NCBI GenBank assembly: GCA_973895155.1
Contig: OZ316897.1
Location: 11,617,832-11,681,831 of the forward strand
Reading direction: 5' to 3'
Origin: Marsupella aquatica
Taxonomy: Eukaryota > Plantae > Marchantiophyta
DNA: 64,000 bases
Shown here in pieces: positions 12,851 through 27,400 of the stretch. The translations under genes were made by a program, and so were the position numbers. The notes below the pieces were generated by a model. It was not told the origin of the DNA, searched no databases, and saw nothing but the letters and a program-made list of their open reading frames with translations. Position 1 is the first letter of the stretch. Each line of letters starts with the position of its first letter.

Positions 12851-14030
12851 TTACTTAGAGACTTACATTCTAGATCGACTGTATAATTATATACGCACAT
12901 CTTTCTTCTATAATACTCAATCCTACCCTTTTGGGGGACTTAGTCTCCCTACAAAATCAATTTTGGCAGGATTCATCCCTGGGCATCGGATCATGTCATC
13001 AAATTTGTTTGGCCTTTGATGATAAAAAATGAGGTGTAAAGTACCTTGCTCCCCTTCACCTCTAGCTCAGTGTGCAGGCGCTTCCTCACTTGACTACTGT
13101 CAAGGTAGTACATGCAATCAAGGCACTCAAGTAAGGAGGTAGTCCGTACAATCAAGACACTCAAGTAAGGTTCTAGGATTGACAGTACAGTTTGAATCAT
13201 CCTAAAGTCAGAGACTGACACAGGGTAGGTAAAATATATGTAGTCATCCAATACCAAAGAACCAAGGATTAAAATTTTCAAAATGAACTCTTTATCAGGT
13301 ATAAAAACGAGTCATATCAGGCTTCTACATAATATACATTCTGTGTTGTACTCCTAGGAGTTAATTTAGAGTCATAGATCTAGATAGATTCCTCCATCTC
13401 ATCCTCAAATGAGCTAACAAAGATATATATATATATATATTCCTTAAATAACTATCACCATTCTTGGTAGTATAATCACTCACTTGTCCTGGACGGGGTT
13501 CTGGATGTGTTGGGAAAATAGGCGAAGCCTTCCGTTGATCAGTTTTGGAACATTAACTTGTTTTACCTTGAATTTCATAGCCTACGTGACAAGAACATGT
13601 AACAAATCTGGCACACCCAACTTTGCATGTCCAGAAAATGGAATAGACATCTTAGTATTTAATAAAGAATGCTCATTTAATATCTGGACTCTGATTTTGA
13701 GTGGTCATGCATGTAGCTTCTTAGTTGAGGCTTTACTTTCTTCTTGCTGGATAAGTCTTTGATTGCTTTCATAGCAATGGTTTAACTTGGCATCCTAATC
13801 AAGATTATGAATTCCTTGAATATATTCCCGGAATAGATTACACAAACTAATCATACAAATGTTAGTAGTAAGCCCTGCAGGCTCCATATATAGCATTCAA
13901 TGTACTATAGAGCTAAAATATATATAACTAAAGTGTTCTGATCCATGCATAAATATTTATTTCATGAATTCTCACCAAAGGTTCATAGTCATTGTGGAGA
14001 ATGATGTAGTGAGCCACATGAATGTTTTCT

Positions 14031-14062
<32 letters not shown>
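14031..14062. repeat. (TTG)n microsatellite, ~10 units
   Basis: Read directly from the sequence. Confidence 0.95.
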
Positions 14063-14423
14063 CTTGGATCTAATCGAATCCAGCTTTTGGACGTGCCAAC
14101 TCCAAGGAAAATTAGTGATTTCTAACAAACAACAATGAAAGTAGGATATCCCGTAGGATATAAGAATATAACTATGCAACAAAACAAGCAAATCGCATAA
14201 GAGTATTCCTCTTACCTTCTTAGTTTACTTACTCTTGGTCAAAAGTTTTGGCTGAAGTAGGGCAATGTTCTTGTGTGGGCACTTTTGATATTGTTACTAC
14301 ATGGCTATTGGAAGTTTGTAAGACATCATAAAAGTATTCAATAGGTTTCTTTGGATGCTTTAGTTTGATAGAGTCATCCGTGTCTGCGCGTGTTGGTGAT
14401 ATACAAAGTGATTGGGCGAGTGT

Positions 14424-15098
14424 GCATCCTTGGGCCCCCAGCCTTTGTAAACTAAAGAGGTATACGTGCGTACACCCCCCTCCCTAGTACCCCTTATTAT
14501 TTTTGGAAGCCTATAAAAATTTCTCTTGTTATTCTTAAAAACTTAATTTTGGAGAATAAATCTGCCCCTTTGAGATATTATAATTTCACATTTTACACCA
14601 TTTATGAAAGCCTTGAAAAGTTATAAATTTATCATGTGCAAACGGTTCTAAAACTGATGGGAGTGTTTTAGAAGGGTTTTGGGTACATACATTTTTGTGT
14701 TCGTGACCCTTTAACCCCAAACTTCAACTTTGGGGCATTTTTGAACCACATGGCAGGGTAGTCAGGGTTCAAAAGCTCCAAAGTCCTAAACTACTCTGAA
14801 TCATAGATGTTGCAAACATAATTATATGTCATATACACATGTTCCAATAAAGGGTGACCACAAGGACCAATCCTATTGTGACGCGTGTCACATCCATATT
14901 ACATCACCTCTTGAAGCATATTAACTTGGGTGACATTTATATAAGCCTATATTAGTTAGAAAAGGTTCTTTGAATAAAACCATCCCTTGATATTTCTAAG
15001 CCAATTATAAAAATTAATCTCAAATCAGATTTTTTGCACCCTTCATCCGTTCGCACGTCCAGCCCATTATTAATAATGCTGGGGGCCCAGGGGTGTGC
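14424..15098. mobile_element. Probable old non-autonomous TIR element (MITE)
   Basis: TGGGCCCCCAGC...ACGTGCG at the left end is mirrored by CGCACGT...GCTGGGGGCCCA at the right end. AT-rich interior; no clear TSD. Confidence 0.45.
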
Positions 15099-15799
15099 AT
15101 CTGTGCCAGTATCAAAAAGCACAGGTTGGGGTGTGCAACAGGTGAGCCCATGCAGGCATGACATGTAGATCATGTACTTGAACCTGTTAACAAAACATTG
15201 AATTAAAAAGAGTCAAGAACATTGGAATTAATAGACAACAGATCCATTGTAGATGTCTGAACTAAGGAAAAAGGAAATAAGGTAGTGATCAACTTAAGTC
15301 CCTTGACCGTATTGGGTGATTTGTTAGTTGCTAAGCCCACAATCAATGAGGTTTTCTTGTAGTGTTTTTGCTACGGTGACGCATGCTCTAGTAATTAAAG
15401 GATGCTCCAAAATACCCTGAATCCCTTCCCGGATGTTTGTGACCCATCCAAGCTTGGGCTATCACCTCCAATGAGTTCTATCTTGGATATTTCTGGAGAA
15501 TCTATCTTGATTTCAGATTGCTTGATCTGAGCCAATCGGGATCTTCAACTGCTCAAAACAATTCGGATCTTCTAACTGCTAACCTGATTGCTAAGGCCAA
15601 CTCCTGGTTGTTGCATTGCTCAACAACAACGAGTCTGCATGATGTGGGCAAAACTTTCCTCTAGGTTGAAGTTTCCTTAGTGAAATTTATGCAGACGGTT
15701 TGTGGAAGCGACCCAAGAAGTTCTAGCTTCTCAAGTTCAAGGTTAGCAATCTGTTGAAGCCGTTTGCTTGAATGATGCTTCTTATGATCTAAGAACTAC

Positions 15800-16150
15800 C
15801 CTCTCATTATATCCTCTACAGCCCAGCTAGGTTAGATGTACACTTACTCCCTCAACAATCAAGACCAACTCTTCCAGATGAGATACATGTCCTCGTATAA
15901 AGTCCAGAGTATCCTCGTACAATTGCTTATCCATCTTGAAGTTGGATGTCTAATATGCCTTAACCACAATAGGATTGTAAAGATCTAAAATGACTCCTCT
16001 CATGCTCTCTATATTCCTATTGTGTGCAAAATGTGCTCTATTGTGATAATTCTCAAGGTAGCCTTTGCCCAAAATATTCAAGGGCTGGTTAATTTTCTAG
16101 CAAATATTCTAAGCATAAAGGCACTCACATCGGTCACCGGATCAGGTGGC
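15800..16150 (+). pseudogene. Possible highly decayed LINE reverse-transcriptase remnant
   Basis: ILKLDV*YA at ~15933 resembles the LINE RT motif LKLDxxKAFD. Many stops; weak call. Confidence 0.25.
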
Positions 16151-16736
16151 ATCTTGAATAAATTTTTACCCTTGTGCACTTTTTGACTCACGTTACTCAA
16201 ACAGGGATTTTGTATAGAGGAATTTTGCATAGCACTTAATTGTCATATATAGCAACAACAATAGATGTTTTTTCAAGAACCTTGATTCTCCGAGACTGTT
16301 GTTGCTCTTCCACTCTGAGTAAGGGGAGCAATACTAGTCTCATAAACATATATCAGTACTCAGATTGGGAGGTGCTTTTGAACTTGCTATAGGGGAAGTT
16401 GGTTTTTGAGAGGATATGATTGACTGACTAGTAAGGATTGCATCTAAGTATATACAATTGCTGTCAACTTCTATATATTGTGATTCTCCGATTAAATGGT
16501 GGATCTATGAGCTAAAAGACTGGCAAGGCTCAAATCTCTCTTTCATTGACTCCGAGCTAGTCGGATTCTCTCGTCTGTAGATCTATAATTGAACATAGCT
16601 AGATCTGACTGGTAATTAGCTATCAATTGCATCTTTCAACTATTGTGCACTTTATTAACTGAGGGTGCAAACATGGGATCATTAATTTGGCACTTTGAAC
16701 TCAATGCGTATGTACATGTTGGAATATATATATGAA

Positions 16737-17371
16737 ATTTACTAGAATGCCACTCTTGTGGCCTAATTACTACCTTGCCACCCTTTTCCTTCTATTTGTC
16801 AGAATGCTACTCTTTTTGTCACGGGTCAAAAAAATTTACTCGAGTTAACCCCTGAGAATCCTACCCTAAGATTTCCTTCACAACGCACCCACATCGGACG
16901 GCCGATGCTTCCCTTGCGGTTACTTCCTTCAACCCTCAGTTTGCTCCACATAGGGGTGGGTTGGCTGCCCGAACTCTTTGCATTCGGTTTCCCTCCCCTA
17001 CTGCCCTTTTACTCACTCTTGCACAAGCTCCCGCACGCCCAACTACAGTGCTTGACGTGACACCCGTGTCGCTGCTTCAAGCTAGAGGCCCAACTGTGCA
17101 TGCAGGCTCCCGACGATATTCCTAATCCCAGCCTGGCTCCATGGAGATCTACCCGCCTGCACCATGCAGATTGCAGCCCAACCGCACCGGCTGACTCGTG
17201 GCCTGCAACCTTGACTGAGTTGCCACAGTTCGTGGGGTAAGAAATTTGATTTCAGGGGTTAACTCGAGTAACTTTGCTTAACCCATGATGGAAAAGAGTG
17301 ATATTCTGATAAAGAGAAAAAAAGGGTGGCGAGGTAGTAACTAGGCCACAAAAGAGTGACATTGTAGTAAA
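16737..17371. mobile_element. Non-autonomous long-TIR element (MULE/foldback-like MITE), ~120-bp TIRs
   Basis: 16737-16858 (TTTACTAGAATGCCACTCTT..GTGGCCTA.TTACTACCT.GCCACCCTTTT...TTACTCGAGTTAACCCCTGA) is the reverse complement of 17250-17371. GC-richer core; TSD not resolved. Confidence 0.85.
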
Positions 17372-18834
17372 TCAATTAATTTATGGGAGAAAGGTGCGAA
17401 AATAGTCCCAGCTAGATATTAAGCTTGACCTCCCGTGCAAATCTGATTCAGGCCTTAGTTAAGCGCATAATTTCTTTTCGCTTCTAAATACTATTTTTTG
17501 GTGCTTTTGTTAAAGTTCATTGGTGCCAATGAGAAAAGTCATATATGGCTTAATCTTAAGAACCCACGTATATACCGCCAACCCACAATACGCCTATCAT
17601 GAGAAAGCGGCACGAGCGTCTACGCCTTCATTCTTGCCATAATTTGTAATCCGCTGAGATTGCAGCCTTCCATTAATTAATGAACTGCATCCGACCCATT
17701 AGTTGCTTCTTCATTTGATTGCGATTCATGAAAAGAAGGTTGGGCTATGCTTTGTTAGAAGCTCGTTGTTTATCTTTCTCAGCTTCAGCTAGGGCATCAA
17801 AACGCTCGATCAATCTGCTTAGTAATTAAATCGAGGACTCCTCCGTTGAGCAAGAGGAAAAGAACTGAGAAGTGGAGAAGAAGAGCCTTTCACTGAAGGA
17901 GAAATTCCTGGTGAAGCTCGGACTCCCAATGAAGGGGACCCACTGGCTAGACAAAGATGAAGCTCCCACTGAAGATGGAATTGTCGATTAAGAAAGAAGC
18001 GGCCACTAGCTTGAAGAATTCAAAGGAGCACGAACTGTGTATCGGAACTAGCAAGATTGTCTTCTTTGTCATAAGAAGAAGAATTAGTGGGATGTACGTA
18101 GAGAAGCAGTTCCAAGCTTGTCTTCCAGCAAGACATGATGATCTTGTCACGCTTTGGCTCCACTCGTAAGGCCTTGCTTTGGTCACTATATATAGCCCAG
18201 AAAAACACTTTCCTCGTGCGAAGATCCAACTTCGAATGAGTATCTGAAAATTTGTGTGAGGTTCTAATGTTAACATGGTGAATGGTGACCTTATAGAGTG
18301 AGTTCATTCCAAGTACACAATAAAACATGAATGGAATGTGTTATTTGTGCACAAGAGTGAGTTCATTCCAAGTAGTATAGTGGGGTCTTCATCACTCATT
18401 TCCAGTTAACATGAAAGACTTGTACATACCCCACAAAGTGTCTACTTTAGTTGTTTTATAAACCCACAAAGTATACTTAAAGACTACCCTCCATAACCTT
18501 TTGAGTCGTTCCCAACGACTCACCATCGCAGCCCATAAAAGACTGAAAAAGACTCACCAAACCTACCCACACAAAGACTACAATAGACTGAAAATCCAGT
18601 CTATAAAATGACTTATAAACCAGTTCTATAAAGGACTCAGTTGATTATAGTAACAAAACATACGACTCATAGTCCTATAAAGGACTGGAGTCCTTCCCAG
18701 TCGTTTCCAAGTCCTATACGGTACTGAATAGTTGTTTAATGGGGTCTAAATACCCCCCGGTTTCTACTAGTGATCATTTATTGATTGTAGTAAAAAGTAT
18801 CATTTATTGATTGTAGTAAAAGCGGGATTCCCAA

Positions 18835-18905
18835 GATTCTTCGGTGAGAAGGAGGGGTTTGCTATTGAACCACAACTCATATGGAGTTTTAGAAATGGGA
18901 ATTGC
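18835..18905 (-). pseudogene. Small copia post-integrase fragment
   Basis: SKTPYELWFNSKP matches the copia KTPYExWxxxKP motif. Confidence 0.4.
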
Positions 18906-19712
18906 TTTGCTGGGAATCTGATCCTTCAACCATACTTCCAATATGCTCATGGGGAGAAACTGTAGCGATAGAGCAGGACTTAGCCTTTGAGGTTTTAGCA
19001 AGTGAACTCGAGAGGCAAAGATCTGGATTGCTTGTTCAAGAAAAGGGAGAGAGGAGGAATGAGGGGCGACAATCTTCGGGCAGTTTGTCGACCATATCAA
19101 TGGGTCTCAATTGTCGCACTGATCTTTGGGTTTCCATTCTCTGGCGTGCGAAAGTCTGATATAGAAGGGCAGCTTGGATTCTAGAGTGCATGTTGTTATT
19201 GATCAAGGACAGCCAGCTAACTGTTCCCCCCGCTGTTTCCTCACTTGTGAAGTGTGTGCAGCTGTCCGTGCTCTAGTGCAAGTGCCAATCGGAGCAAGTG
19301 AGTCTACAAGAATTATCAAAAGTTTAGGTCTTTAAAGGCCGGTATTGATAGTCATTGCTTCTGGAAATCAAAGCAAGAGAATTGAGAGCTAGTAGGACCA
19401 ATAAAAAATTGGGTCTCTACTTTTGTGCCTTGTTCTCTAGCTTCTCGATCAACTGTATTCATGAACTGCTTGATTGGTCCATTGATGGGAAGAATCGATT
19501 TACAGTACTATCTTTACCTTCTCGTTGCACTAGTGAGAGATCACAGAAGTTGTCAATTCGAAGAAGATGATTTGCCTTGAGCATGAATTGATAGACTAAA
19601 CGATCTCTTTCAATCGACTCCTCTCTATCCCACAATTTTCGTTGTTTTCTCTAAGTTCCATGGTTCATTTTTCCCCGTTGAGATTCTCTCAGAACCTACT
19701 TCTAATCGTCAT

Positions 19713-22370
19713 TTGAATACTTGCATTACAGATGGAAAGCGATTGGAAACCGAGTATGATTGGGAAAGCAGTTACTATTACATGAGCAACACAAGTCCCA
19801 TGCCGGTCAATATGAGGGACCCCATCTTAAGACAGAACGAAGAAGATTTGGAGGACCTTTCCGTCGTGACTGGCGGCTATATATCAAACTTGATATTGGA
19901 TAGGGAGGAAAGAAGTGAGATGAAATTACCGCAATGGACTGTCAACCACTTGAAAGTTCTGATAGCCGCCAAAAGACATGAGTTCGAAATGACATGAGAA
20001 CTAATGGAAGGGGACAGAAGGCAATTAAAGGCGGTCAACGACTTGAAAGTTCTGATAGCTGCCAAAACACACGAGTTCGAAATTGACATGAGAACTAATG
20101 GAAGGGGACAGAAGGCAAAGGGAAAGGCGGTCTCCAGAGGACAGATGATTGTCGATTTCTTGAAAGAGAATGGGGTGACTGATCCTATTCGAGATGAAGA
20201 GAGTTGTAGAGCGATGTGGCAGATTTTGTCAATGGATTGGTGGGACCTCTACGACTATGACAGAATGAGACCCTCTGGTTCTAAGTCCTACTATGAGATG
20301 TCTCCTTCAGAGCGCAGACAATGCTCACTACTTCCCATTCCTGAAGAGTTCCACTCTGCTGTAGGGGTTTTGGAACTAGATAGTCTTTGCCTTTCCCTCT
20401 CAAGCAATATTTAATGAACCCTGTCTACTACAGAAACCTCCTGAATTTGGCGGATTTCATTAATCCTTTGGACATGAGTGTTACGATAATTATGGTTCAC
20501 ATCCTGTGACGATTCTCCCACGTACTAGTTCACAACGCAAAGCAGCTATGTTGGAATATGAGCTCAACTACACCAAGGAGAATGCTCTGGCCCTACTAAT
20601 GCAAGTCAAATGAGTTTCAGATGCTCAGGTATATTAGATAATCGCCTGTATTGATTTGTCCAATCTCATGCTCTTTAGAACGCTTCTTCATGAGATTTTA
20701 CGTGATATCAAATCCACAAAGACATTGTGTTTTCTTAACGCACGTATGGACATTTGGCTTTCTCAGTTTTGTTGAATCGATGGTTCATTTAAGGTAGCTG
20801 AGGTGGAGTTGTTTATGTGCTACTTGTTTATTGAATTGTTATGGCAGGTTGTCATCTGGTGTAACTTCTATACTATGTCAATACCTGACTTCGAGATTTC
20901 AGTATAATTGCTAGCCTGTGTGGAAGTTGACATTTTGGAGGAAAGTTTGATTTTTGCAGATTTCTGATGCTGAGAAATGAGGTCTTGATTGAAGGAAGGC
21001 GAGCCCAGGAGGCTGAAGCAAAACTTCAGTCCATGCAAGAAAACAACAAGAAGTTGAAAGCAGAACTCAAACGGAAGGGGCAGCAAGTTGAAGAGTTTCA
21101 GAGAAGCATTTATCCAGCGACTTCTCAACAAGGTCTGAAACCGAACGTCACTGAAGGACCAGAAAGTAGGAAAGGGGGAAACAGATTCAAGAGTTCAGCA
21201 GGAGAAAAGAAAACTCAGCCAATTGCTGATGCAAGAAAGGACACAGGTGTACTGGCCATGCAGTCAGAAGTCACTACATTTGATCGCTTCGCATATGGTA
21301 TTACCGAGGTCCAGACAGAAAACGTCAGTAATCGACCACTTGTGGACCGCTTAGCGTATCATGATGCTTACTATGCTACAAGGGTTGAAAAGGGAGTGCT
21401 TGCCAATGGAGTACTGCCGCAGGAGAGGGGTAACTTGGAAGTGACAGGTTCCGGCCATGTGACAGCCGGCAAGGGTCGCCGACAAATCAAAGTGGTCCGG
21501 TCACAGGAGTCGACAACGCTTCTGCTAGAGTGCTTCAGCCGCACTCTACAATAGAATACTCTTATCCACCTGTTAGTCAAGCTGAAATTTACCCATCTCT
21601 TACCGAGAAAGGTCAAGTCATTTCATCTCTGAAAGCTGATTTGGAAGCAAGGTCGGCAAACCCTTCAGATGAGGAGAAGTCAAGCTTAACTATAGAGGCT
21701 CTTTATTGGAACGATGAGTCCTTACCTCCGCAAGTTCATCCTGGGACTCGTGATCACATTGGACTAGATACGTCAGATACAGCAGACTTCTGGTGGTCAG
21801 AAATTTCTCCATGAGGCCGATATTTCAATTCATTGCACAGAGGAACTGGAAATAGACGAGGATCCTGAAAGAGCTAGTACATTTTTGCTAAATACGTCAA
21901 GATTTACAAAGACTGTGAAAGGTGACGATAAAGGAGCAAGTCATCAAGTCTTCGAGCTATCTGGTGGTGTTACGTTACTGAAGAGTTCCAGGATGGTTAT
22001 GAAACACGAGAAGCAATATTCAAGGCTCTGAAAAGGTGGGTCAAGAAAGTACTGAAACCGTGGAAGGTGTTCATACTGTTGTGGCTGATCAATCTGTGTT
22101 AAAGAAGGCAGAAGCTTCACCTGTAACAGGAAAGCCCAATTCTGATGCGCCTTCCGAAAATGCACAAGTGGTATATACAGTTTCAAATCACACTGGTAAT
22201 CTCCCCAACGAAGATACCCGAAGGCCAGAAGCGCAACCCGAGTCCCCTGACAATCTTGTAACTAAGAGAAAGAGAAAGCAAGGAGCGACTGTTTCAAATT
22301 TACGACTTACACGTCACAGAAAGGAGTTCGAAGAGATTGGCGGCAGACGGTGGAGTCACTAGAGCTTGTG
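19713..22370 (+). pseudogene. Disrupted trihelix (ASR3-like Myb/SANT-like) gene with coiled-coil/low-complexity C-terminal exons
   Basis: LPQWTVNHLKVLIAAK...RDEESCRAMWQILSMDWWDLYDYD...SYYEMSPSERRQCSL fits the GT/ASR3 trihelix pattern. Broken by a ~92-bp tandem duplication (19941-20118) and by frameshifts/stops in 20967-22362. Confidence 0.55.
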
Positions 22371-24450
22371 ATTTCTGGCAGCTGCAGGAGTTGATGCCCA
22401 CATCAGTTCCCGTGACAGTAGACGACTTATGCACGGTGCTCGCCAGGTCCGCAGGCAGTCTTCTATGCACTAATGCAATCCCTGCTATTTCTACGCGTTT
22501 TGTCGGGTTTTGCAATGATTGCAGCAAAAGCTGTACGTCCACTGGTTGAGATATTGATCAAATTCTGTTTGGCATATGTTCGCGTCTTGCAATTTATGCT
22601 TCTCTAACTTTGTTCTTATTTCTTGCAGCTATTTTCTTTGGCCGAGGGGAAGTGGAGGTGAACTAGGTATTTGTGTAATTATTCAGAAGGTCCAGTTGGA
22701 TATCTACAAATGGACAATCAATTTTGTCCTAGGCATCAGCAGTTTTGGTCTGCATATTCATTTTATGGTATAGGTGAAATAAGGGAGCAGATCAAAGCTT
22801 CGGCTTGTCCATCTTCTACTTGATAGAGTAAGTTATTGGACCCTGCTTTAATCAAATACATTGTAGAGTAGTTTGAGTGAATGTTCTAGTTAACGGCTAG
22901 ATGAGAGAACATTCTGAACCTTTTCAAGAGAGGACTGGAGTAGCTACGTAGTGATTGGCTCATAAGGACGCATCCATGCACTGCATTTGACGGTATCTTT
23001 CCATTCCAGTGTCTTAACCCATCTGCCCAGAAGTGAGGAGAGGATAAAATTGAGAGGATTATCGACGACGCTCTGGGATTTGTTGAAAAAGTGGTTACCT
23101 CTATCCAGAACTCCCTCTAAATGAGGAGCTGTACTTAAAAATTTTCAGCCACAACTGTAAAATAATTTCTTTCCAAATTTAATAGCACGGTGGTCCTATT
23201 TTCCCACCTTGTCCTTTCTGAGTTTTAAAGCTTTGTTCTATGTTAGAGCTTTTCAGTACTCAATTCATTTTTCAGCGCATTTATTTTTTGTTGCCTCTTG
23301 GGGGTCTTTTCAGTCGCCATTTTCTTCAAGTTGTTTGGGTGACTGGTCCTCATTTTCGCAGTGAAACAAAGTGGAACCAATGGACCGTGCAGGCTCCTGA
23401 AGAGGCTCCCCTTAGGCCACCCGAGATATTGTGCATACAAATTGGATGATGTACTGAACTCGCATTGGAGGTCTCTTGGTACTAGTGCCTTTTTAGCCAC
23501 TAGCTATTTGAGATGTTGGAAATGAGTGATCGCTGCATCAACAGGGTCGAAAATGAGTTGTCTCTGCATCTAGCAGGGCTTGCTTTAAACCCTACACAAC
23601 CTCGCATGTGGTGAAGATTTCTTCAGTCCTTTCGCATGGACTCTAAGAGGAGGAATCAGACGTGACAATGAAAACGATACCACTTTGTATGATGGAGTGG
23701 AGCAGTGTCAAGGAAAATGTTCATCATAGCAAGCATTTGTGACCGTGGCATTTCAATTTCCTACTATTCCAATTGGGTCAAAATAAGGAACGTAGATCAT
23801 ATTGATTGTTACATTCTGGCTGGACTAAGGGCCCTTTAAACTGGTGGTAAAATATCCTAGTATGCTCTGGCCCCTGTGAGCGAAAGAAGCACATGATACC
23901 TTCAATTTGCCATCCTAAATCTTATATGATCTAGGTGCATACATATTCTACAATTTGTTCTGGCTGGAGTGACGGACCCTTTCACATTTTGGCTTGTACG
24001 CCAACCTCTAAGCGACAAATAATAACTCTGGCGTATAGATGTTTCTAAATGGGTCAAAGAATGGTAAGGTTACATAATAAACACTATTCCTCTCAGAGGG
24101 CAACTGAATAATTAATTGCAAATATGTTTCCGATCATTTCGAATATTCCAATGGATAGACAGACCTTTAATGCTGGGTCATGTATACCGAATCGTTGGTA
24201 TTGGTGGATGATACATAGATTGATCCGCTTCATGATGTGTCCACGTTGCGTTCATGAGTTGAAAACTTGCCGTCTTGCTCGGATGATGCAGTGGCTCTTT
24301 TTGGGTCAGCAGCACACCGATCACACCGATCAGATTTATGCGACTTGCACATCTTGTATTCCCTGCACTTGAACGTCATACTAGAATATGGCTGTAGGGT
24401 TTAGGGTATAAGGTTTATATATTGTTTGCAGCCGTCTTGAGTTGAGAATC

Positions 24451-27400
24451 TCAAATCCCCCTCCCTTTCAGACCCTTTAGGAACTGCTGCTGTGGAGCTT
24501 TCAACACCTGCGAAGGCTGCCTGTCGACTTCCTTCTCCGACACACTATCATATTCCAGATCACTTGGACAAGGGCTGAAAGTGTCTGTCTCCAGCATTTG
24601 CACCACCTGCTCCATGGACGGGCGACGCTCAGGATCTGCTGCAATGCATACGATAGCAATCTGGAGGACATTCTCCATACTCTCCTTTTGTGAGCTCGGA
24701 CATTGTGGATCAAAGATATCCTTGTGACGATTCTCTCTTATGCACGACCCCACCTGCAGATTACGTAAGGACAACATTTCAATTGTTTCGGCATTTGCTG
24801 CTATCTAAGTACAGTTGATTAAGTCTATCTATAACAGATTCACCTGTAAAAGCTGAATAAAGAACTGTGAACACAGGAACTTGGTAAGTATTATTTCCAG
24901 AACCTATTTCTGTGTCAAAGAAGACTTACCCAGCCGACCACATTCAAGCCTTTCTCAACAAAGCAAGTGTCTGTGGGCCGTTTTCCACTTAGGAGCTCAA
25001 GGAGAACCACACCATAGCTGTATACATCCGCTTTCTCCGTTGCTCTCCCACTTTGCACATATTCTATACATGGGAATCAAGTTCGAGGGTCAACAAGCTT
25101 CATATATGGGTCCTCGGAGTTTATTCTCCATCAGAAAAGAAACGATCTGGGAGGACAAAGTGCAAGAGAAAGGTAGCTTATAAATATTACAAACTGCAAG
25201 TGACGAAAGTACTGTTAGTTGGATGCAGTGACCAGACCTGGTGCAAGATATCCAAAAGTGCCAGCAACTATAGTTGTGACATGAGATTCGTCATCATCCA
25301 GAAGTTTTGCCAGTCCGAAGTCCGAGACATGAGGTTCCAGATTACCATCCAGAAGAATGTTGGAGGACTTTATGTCCCGGTGAATGATTCGTGGACTACA
25401 GTCGTGATGTAGGTAGGCCAGAGCCCGAGCAGTACCGACGGCAATCTTAAGTCGAGCTGCCCAAGTAAGAGGTGTCTCGTGTGGTTCTCTCTCTGAAGAA
25501 AGAGGTCATGTTTCCCAGGTTATATTCATAGCTGTACTGTGTTGCACCAAAACACTTCCACTTCTAGACACGACCTTCAATCAATGCTTTGAAGTGAAAT
25601 CGGGTTGAAAAGGCAAACAATGTAGAGCACAAGCTACTCACCGTGAAGGAACTCGTCTAAGCTTCCATATGGAAGATAGTCATAAATCAACAATTTTGAA
25701 GCAGGGGAGTTGCAGTATCCTCGAAGGTTGACTAGATTTCTATGCTTAAAGCTTCCCAAGATCTCTAACTCCCTCTCAAACAGGCGCTCCGAACCCAGCC
25801 CAGACTTTCCTATCTTCTTCACTGCAAACCAGTTGCCATCCTCCATGACAAGACGGTAAACGGTGCCGAACCCTCCAGATCCTATGATATCCGTGGCATC
25901 AAGCGTCTCTATTTTTTTTACGATGTCTTTGGAGGCATATGGTAAATCACCGTGAAACAGCACCAACTTTGATGAAGCTGCCAAGTTTATTCAGCCACAG
26001 AAAATATCAGTCGTAGCACCTTCAGATAAGATACGATGGATTGCTGCTCTTGCTTCACTTTCTAGATTTCACGTTAGTGGAAAATCAAATGCACCTACTG
26101 CTTTTCAAATATGGGCCGGCAATCAAACAAAAAAATTATTATTACAAAAAGTTGTAATGAAAAAAATTAACTGCAAAAAGTCAGCTCGTCGAAATATTTC
26201 CTCAGGGTTTGTCAGTTCCTCATGGCTTGTCGTGTAAGCTGAACTTTTCGAACCAAAGATCTTGGAGTGCATAAAACATTGTAATCCAAGATGAGAAGTA
26301 GCTCACCCATGGAGGAGGCCTTGACTTGGTCTTGTCCATTTGCTTTCAGTGTTTTACTGGGGTTTTGGTTTCTGAAATAGAGGAAGGAACAAGAGAAGCA
26401 AAAGAACCCAAGAATGACTCCAATTGCGGAGATTATAATTAGCGTGCTGTTGAGAATTTTGGCAGATGTACTCCTGGACACTGCAACTTTGCCAAGGGGA
26501 GACGTCAGAGGAATGCACTAGAATTTGGCCAATCCCATTCTTTCTCCTAATCTAATTCCCAATACGCATCGATCTGTACAACATAGATAGACAGCTGGTA
26601 TGATAGTACTACCTTCAGAGCCTGCTAGAGGTTGGAGAGTTCCTCCCCAAGGAGACGGGGCACCGACCGCAGGATCTTGTCCAGGTACCGGAGCAGGACT
26701 GGGAGACACAATATTCTGGCATGCTTTGTTGACCTGAGCTCCACAGAGTCCCAAGTTCCCAGCAAACCTGCATGCAAAGCTGTCACCAAGTCGTGCTATC
26801 TTCGACATTCACCTCATTTCTAGCATATGATAAGCTTATGGTCTAACACTGGCACACGCATTTGGTCACGGAAACAACGAAAGGAAAAAGCTCTGTTTCC
26901 AGCCTTGAGCTAAGACAGATTGCTTACGAGGCATTCGAGAAGTAAGAAAGTGCACCATTTGTGGGAATTGCGCCCACAAGGAAATTCACCGACACATTAC
27001 TGCAGGAAGAGAGACCGATTAACGCATTAAAATGAGTGCACAATATTATTTTTTTCGTCAATCATGCAGAAACTCCAAGCACAGTGACAAGTATCAAATG
27101 AGCGAGGGAGTATCGTAAACATTGCACGATTTGCATCAGACCAGCGCGCACACTTACAAGAAATAGAGTTTGGAGAGGTTTTCAAGAGACTCTGGAATTG
27201 AGCCAGTCAGGTCGTTTCGGGAGGCATCCCTGCAACCACGAAACGGAGATCGGTTCAGTACTTGCTGTCCATGATACTTATCATTTCCAATAGATTGCGT
27301 GCGCAAGGGACTTGTCATGATGACCCTGTATTTACTTACAATATCTCGAGATTAGAAAGCTCTCCTAGCTCGTTAGGGATCGGTCCAGTGAGCTTGTTCC

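Noticed and set aside
24396-24407. Telomeric repeat TAGGGTTTAGGG
   Set aside because: Under two units; too short to indicate an interstitial telomere.
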